Positions 29,801 through 44,019 of a stretch of 64,000 nucleotides of DNA are shown piece after piece (position 1 is the first letter of the stretch; the number at the start of each line of letters is the position of its first letter). The position numbers were made by a program, and so were the translations under genes. The notes under the pieces were generated by a model. It saw nothing but the letters and a program-made list of their open reading frames with translations. It had not been told where the DNA came from and did not search any database. This stretch comes from the human T2T-CHM13v2.0 reference genome, Homo sapiens: NCBI RefSeq assembly GCF_009914755.1, contig NC_060925.1. One strand, 5' to 3'.

Positions 29801-32800
29801 TCACCGAATAGAATCGAATGGAACAATCATCGAATGGACTCAAATGGAATTATCCTCAGATGGAATCGAATGGAATTATCGAATGCAATCGAATGGAATA
29901 ATCGAATGCAATCGAACAGAATCATCGAATGGACTCGAATGGAATCATCGAATGGAATGGAATGGAATAGTCAATGAACTCGAATGGAATCATCATTGAA
30001 TGGAATGGAATGGAATCATCGAGTGGAATCGAATGGAATCATGATCAAATGGCATCGAATGTAATCATCATCAAATGGAATCAAAAATAACCATCATCAG
30101 TTGGTATTGAATGGAATTGTCATCAAATGAAATTCAAAGGAATCATCATCAAATGGAACCGAATGGAATCCTCATTGTATGGAAATGAAAGGAGTCATCA
30201 TCTAATGGAATCGCATGGAATCATCATTAAATGGAATCGAATGGAATCATCATCAAATAGAATCTAATGGAATCATTGAACGAAAATGAATGGAATCGTC
30301 ATCTAATGAATTGAATGCAATCATCGAATGGTCTCGAACGGAATCATCTTCCAATGGAATGGCATGGAATCATCGCATAGAATCGAATGGAATTATCATC
30401 GAATGGACTCGAATGGAAGCATTATCAAATGGAATCGAAAGGAATCACCGAATAGAATCGAATGGAACAATCATCGAATGGACTCAAATGGAATTATCCT
30501 CAAATGGAATCGAATGGAATTAACGAATGCAATCGAATGGAATAATCGAATGCAATTGAATAGAATCATCGAATGGACTCGAATGGAATCATCGAATGGA
30601 AAGGAAAGGAATCGTCAATGTACTCGAATGGAATCATCATTGAATGGAATCGAATGGAATCATTGAGTGGAATCGAATGGAAACATGATCAAATGGAATC
30701 GAATGTAATCATCATCAAATGGAATCAAAAATAACAATCATCAATTTGTATTGAATGGAATTGTCATCAAATGGAATTCAAAGGCATAATCATCTAATGG
30801 AACCGAATGGAATCCTCATTGAATGGAAATGAAAGGAGTCATCATCTAATGGAATCGCATGGAATCATCATCAAATGGAATCGAATGGAATCATCATCAA
30901 ATGGAATCTAATGGAATCATTGAACGGCATTCAATGCAATCTTCATCGAATGAATTGAATGCAATCATCGAATGGTATCGAACGGAATCATCTTCCAAAG
31001 GAATGGAATGGAATCATCGCACAGAATCGAATGGAATTATCATCGAATGGACTCGAATGGAATCAACCTCAAACGGAATCAAACGGAATTATCGAATGGA
31101 ATCAAAGAGAATCATCGAATGGACTCGAATTTAATCATCTAATGGAATGGAACGGAATAATCCATGGACTCGAATGCAATCATCATCGAATGGAATCGAA
31201 TGGGATCATCGAATGGATTTGAATGGAATGATCATTGAACGGAATCGAATGGAATCATCATCGGATGGAAACGAATGGAATCATCATCGAATGGAATCGA
31301 ATGGAATGATCAAATGGAATCAGATGGAATCATCATCAAATGGAATCGAATAGAATTATCGAATCAAATCCAATGACATCATCATCGAATGTACTCGAAT
31401 GGAATCATCATCCAATGGAAACTAATGGAATCAACATCGAATGGAATCGAATGGAAACACCATCGAATTGAAACGAGTGGAATTATCATGAAATTGAAAT
31501 GGATGGACTCATCATCGAATGGATTCGAATGGAATCATCGAATGAAATTTATGGAAATCATCATCAAATGGAATCGAATGGAATCATAGAATGGAATCGA
31601 ATGGAATCATCATCAGTTGGAAATGAATGGAATCATCACAGAATGGAATCGAATGGATTCATTGAATGGAATCAGATGGAATCATCGAATGGACTTGAAT
31701 GGAATCATTGAATGGACTCGAATGGAATCATTATTGAATGGAATTGAATGGAATCATCGAATGGTCTCGAATGGAATCATTATCAAATGGAATCGAATGG
31801 AATCACCAAATAGAATCGAATGGAACAATCATCGAATGGACTCAAATGGAATTATCCTCAAATGGAATGGAATGGAATTATCGAATGCAATCGAATGGAA
31901 TAATCGAAAGCAATCGAATAGAATCATCGAATGGACTCGAATGGAATCATCGAATGGAATGGAATGGAATAGTCAATGAACTCGAATGGAATCATCACTG
32001 AATGGAATCGAATGGAATCATGATCAAATGGAATCGAATGTAATCATCATCAAATGGAATCGAAAATAACCATCATCAATTGGTATTGAATGGAATTGTC
32101 ATCAAATGGACTTCAAAGGAATCATCATCAAATGGAACCGAATGGAATCCTCATTGAATGGAAATGAAAGGAGTCATCATCTAATGGAATCGCATGGAAT
32201 CATCATCAAATGGATTCGAATGGAATCATCATCAAATGGAATCTAATGGAATCATTGAACGGAATTGAATGGAATCGTCATCGAATAAATTCAATGCAAT
32301 CATCGAATGGTCTCGAACGGAATCATCTTCGAATGGAATGGAATGGAATCATCGCATAGAATCGAATGGAATTATCATCGAATGTACTCGAATGGAATCA
32401 ACCTCACACGGAATCAAACGGAATTATCGAATGGAATCGAAGAGAATCATCGATTGGACTCGAATGGAATCCTCTAATGGAAAGGAATGGAATAATCCAT
32501 GGACTCGAATGCAATCATCATCGAATGGAATCGAATGGAATCATCGAATGGACTCGAATGGAGTAATCATTGAACGGAATCGAATGGAATCATCATTGGA
32601 TGGAAACGAATGGAATCATCATCGAATGGAATGGAATGGAATCATCAAATGGAATCAGATGGAATCATCATAAAATGGAATCGAATAGAATTATGGAATG
32701 AAATCCAATGTGATCATCATCGAATGGACTCGAATGGAATCATCATCCAATGGAAACGAATGGAATCAACATCGAATGGAATCGAATGGAAACACCATCG

Positions 32801-32815
32801 AATTGAAACGAATGG

Positions 32816-35800
32816 AATTATCATGAAATTGAAATGGATGGACTCATCATCGAATGGATTCGAATGGAATCATCGAATGAAATTTATTGAAATCATCATC
32901 AAATGGAATCGAGTGGAATCATTGAATGGAATCGAATGGAATCATCATCACATGGAAATGAATGGAATCATCATAGAATGGAATCGAATGGATTCATTGA
33001 ATGGAATCAGATGGAATCATCGAATGGACTGGAATGGAATCATCGAATGGAATGGAATGGAATAGTCAATGAACTCGAATGGAATCATCATTGAATGGAA
33101 TGGAATGCAATCATCGAGTGGAATCGAATGGAATCATGATCAAATGGAATCGAATGTAATCATCATCAAATGGTGTCAAAAATAACCATCATCAATTGGT
33201 ATTGAATGGAATTGTCATCAAATGAAATTCAAAGGAATCATCATCAAATGGAACGGAATGGAATACTCATTGAATGGAAATGAAAGGAGTCATCATCTAA
33301 TGGAATCGCATGGAATCATCATTAAATGGAATCGAATGGAATCATCATCAAATAGAATCTAATGGAATCATTGAACAGAATTGAATGGAATCGTCATCGA
33401 ATGAATTGAATACAATCACCGAATGATCTCCAACGGAATCATCTTTCAATTAAATGGAATGGAATCATCGCATAGAATCGAATGGAATTATCATCGAATG
33501 GACTCGAATGGAATCAATCTCAAACGGAATGAAACGGAATTATTGAATGGAATCGAAGAGAATCATCGAATGGACTCGAATGGAATCATCTAATGGAATG
33601 GAATGGAATAATCCATGGACTCGAATGCAATCATCATCGAATGGAATCGAATGGAATCATCGAATGGACTCGAAAGGAATCATCATTGAACGGAATCGAA
33701 TGGAATCATCAAATGGAATCAGATGGAATCATCATCAAATGGAATCGAATAGAATTATGGAATGAAATCCAATGTGGTCATCATCGAATGGACTCGAATG
33801 GAATCATCATCCAATGGAAACTAATGGAATCAACATCCAATGGAATCGAATGGAAACACCATCGAATTGAAACGAATGGAATTATCATGAAATTGAAATG
33901 GATGTACTCATCATCGAATGGATTCGAATGGAATCATCGGATGAAATTGACTGAAATCATCATCAAATGGAATCGAATGGAATCATTGAATGGAATCGAA
34001 TGGAAGCATCATCAGATGGAAATGAATGGAATAATCATAGAATGGAATCGAATGTATTCATTGAATGGAATCAGATGGAATCATCGAATGGACTTGAATG
34101 GAATCATAGAATGGACTCGAATGGAATCATTATTGAGTGGAATTCAAAGAATCATCGAATGGTCTCCGATGGAATCATTATCAAATGGAATCGAATGGAA
34201 TCACCGAATAGAATCGAATGGAACAATCATCGAATGGACTCAAATGGAATTATCCTCAAATGGAATCGAATGGAATTATCGAATGCAATCGAATGGAATA
34301 ATCGAATGCAATCGAATAGAATCATCGAATGGACTCGAATGGAATCATCGAATGGAATGGAAAGGAATAGTCAATGAACTCGAATGGAATCATCATTGAA
34401 TGGAATCGAATGGAATCATCGAGTGGAATCAAATGGAATCATGATCAAATGGAATTGAATGTAATCATCATCAAATGGAATCAAAAATAACCATCATCAA
34501 TTGGTATTGAATGGAATTGTCATCAAATGGAATTCAAAGGAATCATCATCAAATGGAAACGAATGGAATCCTCATTGAATGGAAATGAAAGGAGTCATCA
34601 TCTAATGGAATCGCATGTAATCACCATCAAATGGAATCGAATGGAATCATCATCAAATGGAATCTAATGGAATCATTGAAAGGAATTGAATGGAATCGTC
34701 ATCGAATGAATTGAATGCAATCATCGAATGGTCTCGAACGGAATCATCTTCCGAAGGAATGTAATGGAATCGTCGCTTAGAATCGAATGGAATTCTCATC
34801 GAATGGACTCGAATGGAATCAACCTCAAACGGAAACAAACGGAATTATCTAATGGAATCGAAGAGAATCATCGAAAGGACTCGAATGGAATCCTCTAATG
34901 GAATGGAATGGAATAATCCATGAACTCGAATGCAATCATCATCGAATGGAATCGAATGGAATCATCGAATGGACACTAATGGAATAATCATTGAACGGAA
35001 TCGAATGGAATCATCATCGGATGGAAACGAATGGAATCATCATCGAATGGAATCGAATGGAATCATCAAATGGAATCAGATGGAATCATCATCAAATGGA
35101 ATCGAATACAATTATGGAATCAAATCCAATGTGATCATCATCGAATGGACTCGAATGGAATCATCATCCAATGGAAACTAATGGAATCAACATCGAATGG
35201 AATCGAATGGAAACACCATCGAATTGAAACGAATGGAATTATCATGAAACTGAAATGGATGGACTCATCATCGAATGGATTCGAATGGAATCATCAGATG
35301 AAATTGACTGAAATCATCATTAAATGGAATCGAATGGAATCATTGAATGGAATCGAATGGAATCATCATCAGATGGAAATGAATGGAATAATCATAGAAT
35401 GGAATCGAATGTATTCATTGAATGGAATCAGATGGAATCATCGAATGGACTTGAATGGAATCATTGAATGGACTCGAATGGAATCATTATTGAGTGGAAT
35501 TGAATGGAATCATCGAATGGTCTCGAATGGAATCATTATCAAATGGAATCGAATGGAATCACCGAATAGAATCGAATGGAACAATCATAGAATAGACTCA
35601 AATGGAATTATCCTCAAATGGAATCGAATGAAATTATCGAATGCAATCGAATGGAATAATCGAATGCAATCAAACAGAATCATCGAATTCACTCGAATGG
35701 AATCATCGAATGGAATGGAAAGGAATAGTCAATGAACTCGAATGGAATCATCATTGAATGGAATCGAATGGAATCATCGAGTGGAATCGAATGGAATCAT

Positions 35801-37721
35801 GATCAAATGGAATCGAATGTAATCATCATCAAATGGAGTCAAAAATAACCATCATCAATTGGTATTGAATGGAATTGTCATCAAATGGAATTCAAAGGAA
35901 TCATCATCAAATGGAAACGAATGGAATCCTCATTGAATGGAAATGAAAGGAGTCATCATCTAATGGAATCGCATGTAATCACCATCAAATGGAATCGAAT
36001 GGAATCATCATCAAATGGAATCTAATGGAATTATTGAACGGAATTGAATGGAATCGTCATCGAATGAATTGAATGCAATCATCGAATGGTCTCGAACGGA
36101 ATCATCTTCCAATGGAATGGAATGGAATCTTTGCAAAGAATCGAATGGAATTATCATCGAATGGACTCGAATGGAATCAACCTCAAACGGAATCAAACGG
36201 AATTATCGAATGGAATCGAAGAGAATCATCGAATGGACTCGAATGGAATCATCTAATGGAATGGAACGGAATAATCTATAGACTCGAATGCAATCATTAT
36301 CGAATGGAATCGAATGGAATCATCGAATGGACTCGAATGGAATAATCATTGAACGGAATCGAACGGAATTATCATCGGATGGAAACGAATGGAATCATCA
36401 TCGAATGGAAATGAAAGGAGTCATCATCTAATGGAATCGAATGGAACCATCAAATGGAATCAGATGGAATCATCATCAAATGGAATCGAATACAATTATG
36501 GAATGAAATCCAATGTGATCATCATCGAATGGACTCGAATGGAATCATCATCCAATGGAAACTAATGGAATCAACATCGAATGGAATCGAATGGAAACAC
36601 CATCGAATTGAAAAGAATGGAATTATCATGAAATTGAAATGGATGGACTCATCATCGAATGGATTCGAATGGAATCATCGAATGAAATTGACTGAAATCA
36701 TCATCAAATGGAATCGAATGGAATCATTGAATGGAATCGAATGGAATCATCATCAGATGGAAATGAATGGAATAATCATAGAATGGAATCGAATGTATTC
36801 ATTTAATGGAATCAGATGGAATCAACCAATGGACTTGAATGGAATCATTTAATTGACTCGAATGGAATCATTATTGAATGGAATTGAATGGAATCATCGA
36901 ATGGTCTCGAATGGAATCATTATCAAATGGAATCGAATGGAATCACCGAATAAAATCGAATGGAACAATCATCGAATGGACTCAAATGGAATTATCCTTA
37001 AATGGAATCGAATGGAATTATTGAATGCAATCGAATGGAATAATCGAATGCAATCGAATAGAATCATCGAATGGACTGGAATGGAATCATCGAATGGAAT
37101 GGAATGGAATAGTCAATGAACTCGAATGGAATCATCATTGAATGGAATGGAATGCAATCATCGAGTGGAATCGAATGGAATCATGATCAAATGGAATCGA
37201 ATGTAATCATCATCAAATGGTGTCAAAAATAACCATCATCAATTGGTATTGAATGGAATTGTCATCAAATGAAATTCAAAGGAATCATCATCAAATGGAA
37301 CCGAATGGAATACTCATTGAATGGAAATGAAAGGAGTCATCATCTAATGGAATCGCATGGAATCATCATTAAATGGAATCGAATGGAATCATCATCAAAT
37401 AGAATCTAATGGAATCACTGAACAGAATTGAATGGAATCGTCATCGAATGAATTGAATGCAATCACCGAATGATCTCCAACGGAATCATCTTTCAATGAA
37501 ATGGAATGGAATCATCGCATAGAATCGAATGGAATTATCATCGAATGGACTCGAATGGAATCAATCTCAAACGGAATGAAACGGAATTATCGAATGGAAT
37601 CGAAGAGAATCATCGAATGGACTCGAATGGAATCATCTAATGGAATGGAATGGAATAATCCATGGACTCGAATGCAATCATCATCGAATGGAATCGAATG
37701 GAATCATCGAATGGACTCGAA
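32816..37721 (+). repeat. Copy 1 of a ~4.9-kb apparently identical duplication (offset 6272)
   Basis: ORFs at 32903, 33547, 33593, 33967, 34653, 34930, 35031, 36011, 36048, 36073, 36454 and 36853 each recur with identical translation exactly 6272 bp downstream. The flanking mismatches are at 32815/39087 and 37722/43994. Confidence 0.92.
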
Positions 37722-39087
37722 TGGAATAATCACTGAACGGAATCGAACGGAATCATCATCGGATGGAAACGAAACGAATGGAATCATCATCGAATGGAAT
37801 CGAATGGAATCATCAAATGGAATCAGATGGAATCATCATCAAATGGAATCGAATAGAATTATGGAATCAAATCCAATGTGATCATCATCGAATGGACTCG
37901 AATGGAATCATCATCCAATGGAAACTAATGGAATCAACATCGAATGGAATAGAATGGAAACACCATCGAACTGAAACGAATGGAATTATCATGAAATTGA
38001 AATGGATGGACTCATCATCGAATGGATTCGAATGGAATCCTCGAATAAAATTGATTGAAATCATCACCAAATGGAATCGAATGGAATCATTGAATGGAAT
38101 CGAATGGAATCATCATCAGATGGAAATGAATGGAATCATCATAGAATGGAATCGAAAGGATTCATTGAATGGAATCAGATGGAATCATCGAATGGACTTG
38201 AATGGAATCATTGAGTGGACTCGAAAGGAATCATTATTGAATGATATTGAATGGAATCATCGAATGATCTCGAATGGAATCATTATCAAATGGAATCGAA
38301 TGGAATCACCGAATAGAATCGAATGGAACATTCATCGAATGGACTCAAATGGAATTATCCTCAAATGGAATCGAATGGAGTTATCGAATGCAATCAAATG
38401 GAATAATCGAATGCAATCGAATAGAATCATCGAATGTACTCGAATGGAATCATCGAATGGAATGGAAAGGAATAGTCAATGAACTCGAATGGAATCATCA
38501 TTGAATGGAGTCGAATGGAATCATCGAGTGGAATCGAATGGAATCATGATCAAATGGAATCGAATGTAATCATCATCAAATGGAGTCAAAAATAGCCATC
38601 ATCAATTGGTATTGAATGGAATTGTCATCAAATGGAATTCAAAGGAATCATCATCAAATGGAAACGAATGGAATCCTCATTGAATGGAAATGAAAGGAGT
38701 CATCATCTAATGGAATCGCATGGAATCATCATCAAATGGAATCGAATGGAATGATCATCAAATGGAATCTAATGAAATCATTGAACGGAATTGAATGGAA
38801 TCGTCATCGAATGAATTGAATGCAATCATCGAATGGTCTCGAACGGAATCATCCTCCGAAGGAATGTAATGGAATCATCGCATAGAATCGAATGGAATCA
38901 TCATCGAATGGAATCAAATGGAATCATTAAATGGAATCAGATGGAGTCATCATCAAATGGAATCTAATAGAATTATGGAATGAAATCCAATGTGATCATC
39001 ATGGAATGGACTCGAATGGAATCATCATCCAATGGAAACTAATGGAATCAACATCGAATGGAAACACCATCGAATTGAAACGAATGA

Positions 39088-42000
39088 AATTATCATGAAA
39101 TTGAAATGGATGGACTCATCATCGAATGGATTCGAATGGAATCATCGAATGAAATTTATTGAAATCATCATCAAATGGAATCGAGTGGAATCATTGAATG
39201 GAATCGAATGGAATCATCATCACATGGAAATGAATGGAATCATCATAGAATGGAATCGAATGGATTCATTGAATGGAATCAGATGGAATCATCGAATGGA
39301 CTGGAATGGAATCATCGAATGGAATGGAATGGAATAGTCAATGAACTCGAATGGAATCATCATTGAATGGAATGGAATGCAATCATCGAGTGGAATCGAA
39401 TGGAATCATGATCAAATGGAATCGAATGTAATCATCATCAAATGGTGTCAAAAATAACCATCATCAATTGGTATTGAATGGAATTGTCATCAAATGAAAT
39501 TCAAAGGAATCATCATCAAATGGAACGGAATGGAATACTCATTGAATGGAAATGAAAGGAGTCATCATCTAATGGAATCGCATGGAATCATCATTAAATG
39601 GAATCGAATGGAATCATCATCAAATAGAATCTAATGGAATCATTGAACAGAATTGAATGGAATCGTCATCGAATGAATTGAATACAATCACCGAATGATC
39701 TCCAACGGAATCATCTTTCAATTAAATGGAATGGAATCATCGCATAGAATCGAATGGAATTATCATCGAATGGACTCGAATGGAATCAATCTCAAACGGA
39801 ATGAAACGGAATTATTGAATGGAATCGAAGAGAATCATCGAATGGACTCGAATGGAATCATCTAATGGAATGGAATGGAATAATCCATGGACTCGAATGC
39901 AATCATCATCGAATGGAATCGAATGGAATCATCGAATGGACTCGAAAGGAATCATCATTGAACGGAATCGAATGGAATCATCAAATGGAATCAGATGGAA
40001 TCATCATCAAATGGAATCGAATAGAATTATGGAATGAAATCCAATGTGGTCATCATCGAATGGACTCGAATGGAATCATCATCCAATGGAAACTAATGGA
40101 ATCAACATCCAATGGAATCGAATGGAAACACCATCGAATTGAAACGAATGGAATTATCATGAAATTGAAATGGATGTACTCATCATCGAATGGATTCGAA
40201 TGGAATCATCGGATGAAATTGACTGAAATCATCATCAAATGGAATCGAATGGAATCATTGAATGGAATCGAATGGAAGCATCATCAGATGGAAATGAATG
40301 GAATAATCATAGAATGGAATCGAATGTATTCATTGAATGGAATCAGATGGAATCATCGAATGGACTTGAATGGAATCATAGAATGGACTCGAATGGAATC
40401 ATTATTGAGTGGAATTCAAAGAATCATCGAATGGTCTCCGATGGAATCATTATCAAATGGAATCGAATGGAATCACCGAATAGAATCGAATGGAACAATC
40501 ATCGAATGGACTCAAATGGAATTATCCTCAAATGGAATCGAATGGAATTATCGAATGCAATCGAATGGAATAATCGAATGCAATCGAATAGAATCATCGA
40601 ATGGACTCGAATGGAATCATCGAATGGAATGGAAAGGAATAGTCAATGAACTCGAATGGAATCATCATTGAATGGAATCGAATGGAATCATCGAGTGGAA
40701 TCAAATGGAATCATGATCAAATGGAATTGAATGTAATCATCATCAAATGGAATCAAAAATAACCATCATCAATTGGTATTGAATGGAATTGTCATCAAAT
40801 GGAATTCAAAGGAATCATCATCAAATGGAAACGAATGGAATCCTCATTGAATGGAAATGAAAGGAGTCATCATCTAATGGAATCGCATGTAATCACCATC
40901 AAATGGAATCGAATGGAATCATCATCAAATGGAATCTAATGGAATCATTGAAAGGAATTGAATGGAATCGTCATCGAATGAATTGAATGCAATCATCGAA
41001 TGGTCTCGAACGGAATCATCTTCCGAAGGAATGTAATGGAATCGTCGCTTAGAATCGAATGGAATTCTCATCGAATGGACTCGAATGGAATCAACCTCAA
41101 ACGGAAACAAACGGAATTATCTAATGGAATCGAAGAGAATCATCGAAAGGACTCGAATGGAATCCTCTAATGGAATGGAATGGAATAATCCATGAACTCG
41201 AATGCAATCATCATCGAATGGAATCGAATGGAATCATCGAATGGACACTAATGGAATAATCATTGAACGGAATCGAATGGAATCATCATCGGATGGAAAC
41301 GAATGGAATCATCATCGAATGGAATCGAATGGAATCATCAAATGGAATCAGATGGAATCATCATCAAATGGAATCGAATACAATTATGGAATCAAATCCA
41401 ATGTGATCATCATCGAATGGACTCGAATGGAATCATCATCCAATGGAAACTAATGGAATCAACATCGAATGGAATCGAATGGAAACACCATCGAATTGAA
41501 ACGAATGGAATTATCATGAAACTGAAATGGATGGACTCATCATCGAATGGATTCGAATGGAATCATCAGATGAAATTGACTGAAATCATCATTAAATGGA
41601 ATCGAATGGAATCATTGAATGGAATCGAATGGAATCATCATCAGATGGAAATGAATGGAATAATCATAGAATGGAATCGAATGTATTCATTGAATGGAAT
41701 CAGATGGAATCATCGAATGGACTTGAATGGAATCATTGAATGGACTCGAATGGAATCATTATTGAGTGGAATTGAATGGAATCATCGAATGGTCTCGAAT
41801 GGAATCATTATCAAATGGAATCGAATGGAATCACCGAATAGAATCGAATGGAACAATCATAGAATAGACTCAAATGGAATTATCCTCAAATGGAATCGAA
41901 TGAAATTATCGAATGCAATCGAATGGAATAATCGAATGCAATCAAACAGAATCATCGAATTCACTCGAATGGAATCATCGAATGGAATGGAAAGGAATAG

Positions 42001-43993
42001 TCAATGAACTCGAATGGAATCATCATTGAATGGAATCGAATGGAATCATCGAGTGGAATCGAATGGAATCATGATCAAATGGAATCGAATGTAATCATCA
42101 TCAAATGGAGTCAAAAATAACCATCATCAATTGGTATTGAATGGAATTGTCATCAAATGGAATTCAAAGGAATCATCATCAAATGGAAACGAATGGAATC
42201 CTCATTGAATGGAAATGAAAGGAGTCATCATCTAATGGAATCGCATGTAATCACCATCAAATGGAATCGAATGGAATCATCATCAAATGGAATCTAATGG
42301 AATTATTGAACGGAATTGAATGGAATCGTCATCGAATGAATTGAATGCAATCATCGAATGGTCTCGAACGGAATCATCTTCCAATGGAATGGAATGGAAT
42401 CTTTGCAAAGAATCGAATGGAATTATCATCGAATGGACTCGAATGGAATCAACCTCAAACGGAATCAAACGGAATTATCGAATGGAATCGAAGAGAATCA
42501 TCGAATGGACTCGAATGGAATCATCTAATGGAATGGAACGGAATAATCTATAGACTCGAATGCAATCATTATCGAATGGAATCGAATGGAATCATCGAAT
42601 GGACTCGAATGGAATAATCATTGAACGGAATCGAACGGAATTATCATCGGATGGAAACGAATGGAATCATCATCGAATGGAAATGAAAGGAGTCATCATC
42701 TAATGGAATCGAATGGAACCATCAAATGGAATCAGATGGAATCATCATCAAATGGAATCGAATACAATTATGGAATGAAATCCAATGTGATCATCATCGA
42801 ATGGACTCGAATGGAATCATCATCCAATGGAAACTAATGGAATCAACATCGAATGGAATCGAATGGAAACACCATCGAATTGAAAAGAATGGAATTATCA
42901 TGAAATTGAAATGGATGGACTCATCATCGAATGGATTCGAATGGAATCATCGAATGAAATTGACTGAAATCATCATCAAATGGAATCGAATGGAATCATT
43001 GAATGGAATCGAATGGAATCATCATCAGATGGAAATGAATGGAATAATCATAGAATGGAATCGAATGTATTCATTTAATGGAATCAGATGGAATCAACCA
43101 ATGGACTTGAATGGAATCATTTAATTGACTCGAATGGAATCATTATTGAATGGAATTGAATGGAATCATCGAATGGTCTCGAATGGAATCATTATCAAAT
43201 GGAATCGAATGGAATCACCGAATAAAATCGAATGGAACAATCATCGAATGGACTCAAATGGAATTATCCTTAAATGGAATCGAATGGAATTATTGAATGC
43301 AATCGAATGGAATAATCGAATGCAATCGAATAGAATCATCGAATGGACTGGAATGGAATCATCGAATGGAATGGAATGGAATAGTCAATGAACTCGAATG
43401 GAATCATCATTGAATGGAATGGAATGCAATCATCGAGTGGAATCGAATGGAATCATGATCAAATGGAATCGAATGTAATCATCATCAAATGGTGTCAAAA
43501 ATAACCATCATCAATTGGTATTGAATGGAATTGTCATCAAATGAAATTCAAAGGAATCATCATCAAATGGAACCGAATGGAATACTCATTGAATGGAAAT
43601 GAAAGGAGTCATCATCTAATGGAATCGCATGGAATCATCATTAAATGGAATCGAATGGAATCATCATCAAATAGAATCTAATGGAATCACTGAACAGAAT
43701 TGAATGGAATCGTCATCGAATGAATTGAATGCAATCACCGAATGATCTCCAACGGAATCATCTTTCAATGAAATGGAATGGAATCATCGCATAGAATCGA
43801 ATGGAATTATCATCGAATGGACTCGAATGGAATCAATCTCAAACGGAATGAAACGGAATTATCGAATGGAATCGAAGAGAATCATCGAATGGACTCGAAT
43901 GGAATCATCTAATGGAATGGAATGGAATAATCCATGGACTCGAATGCAATCATCATCGAATGGAATCGAATGGAATCATCGAATGGACTCGAA
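39088..43993 (+). repeat. Copy 2 of the ~4.9-kb duplication (offset 6272)
   Basis: ORFs at 39175, 39819, 39865, 40239, 40925, 41202, 41303, 42283, 42320, 42345, 42726 and 43125 match copy 1 exactly. Confidence 0.92.
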
Positions 43994-44019
43994 AGGAATC
44001 ATCATTGAACGGAATCGAA

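Noticed and set aside
37765-37780. 5-bp duplication GAAACGAAAC (also a 22-bp duplication at 59079–59122)
   Set aside because: These are ordinary slippage events, useful only as unique markers.
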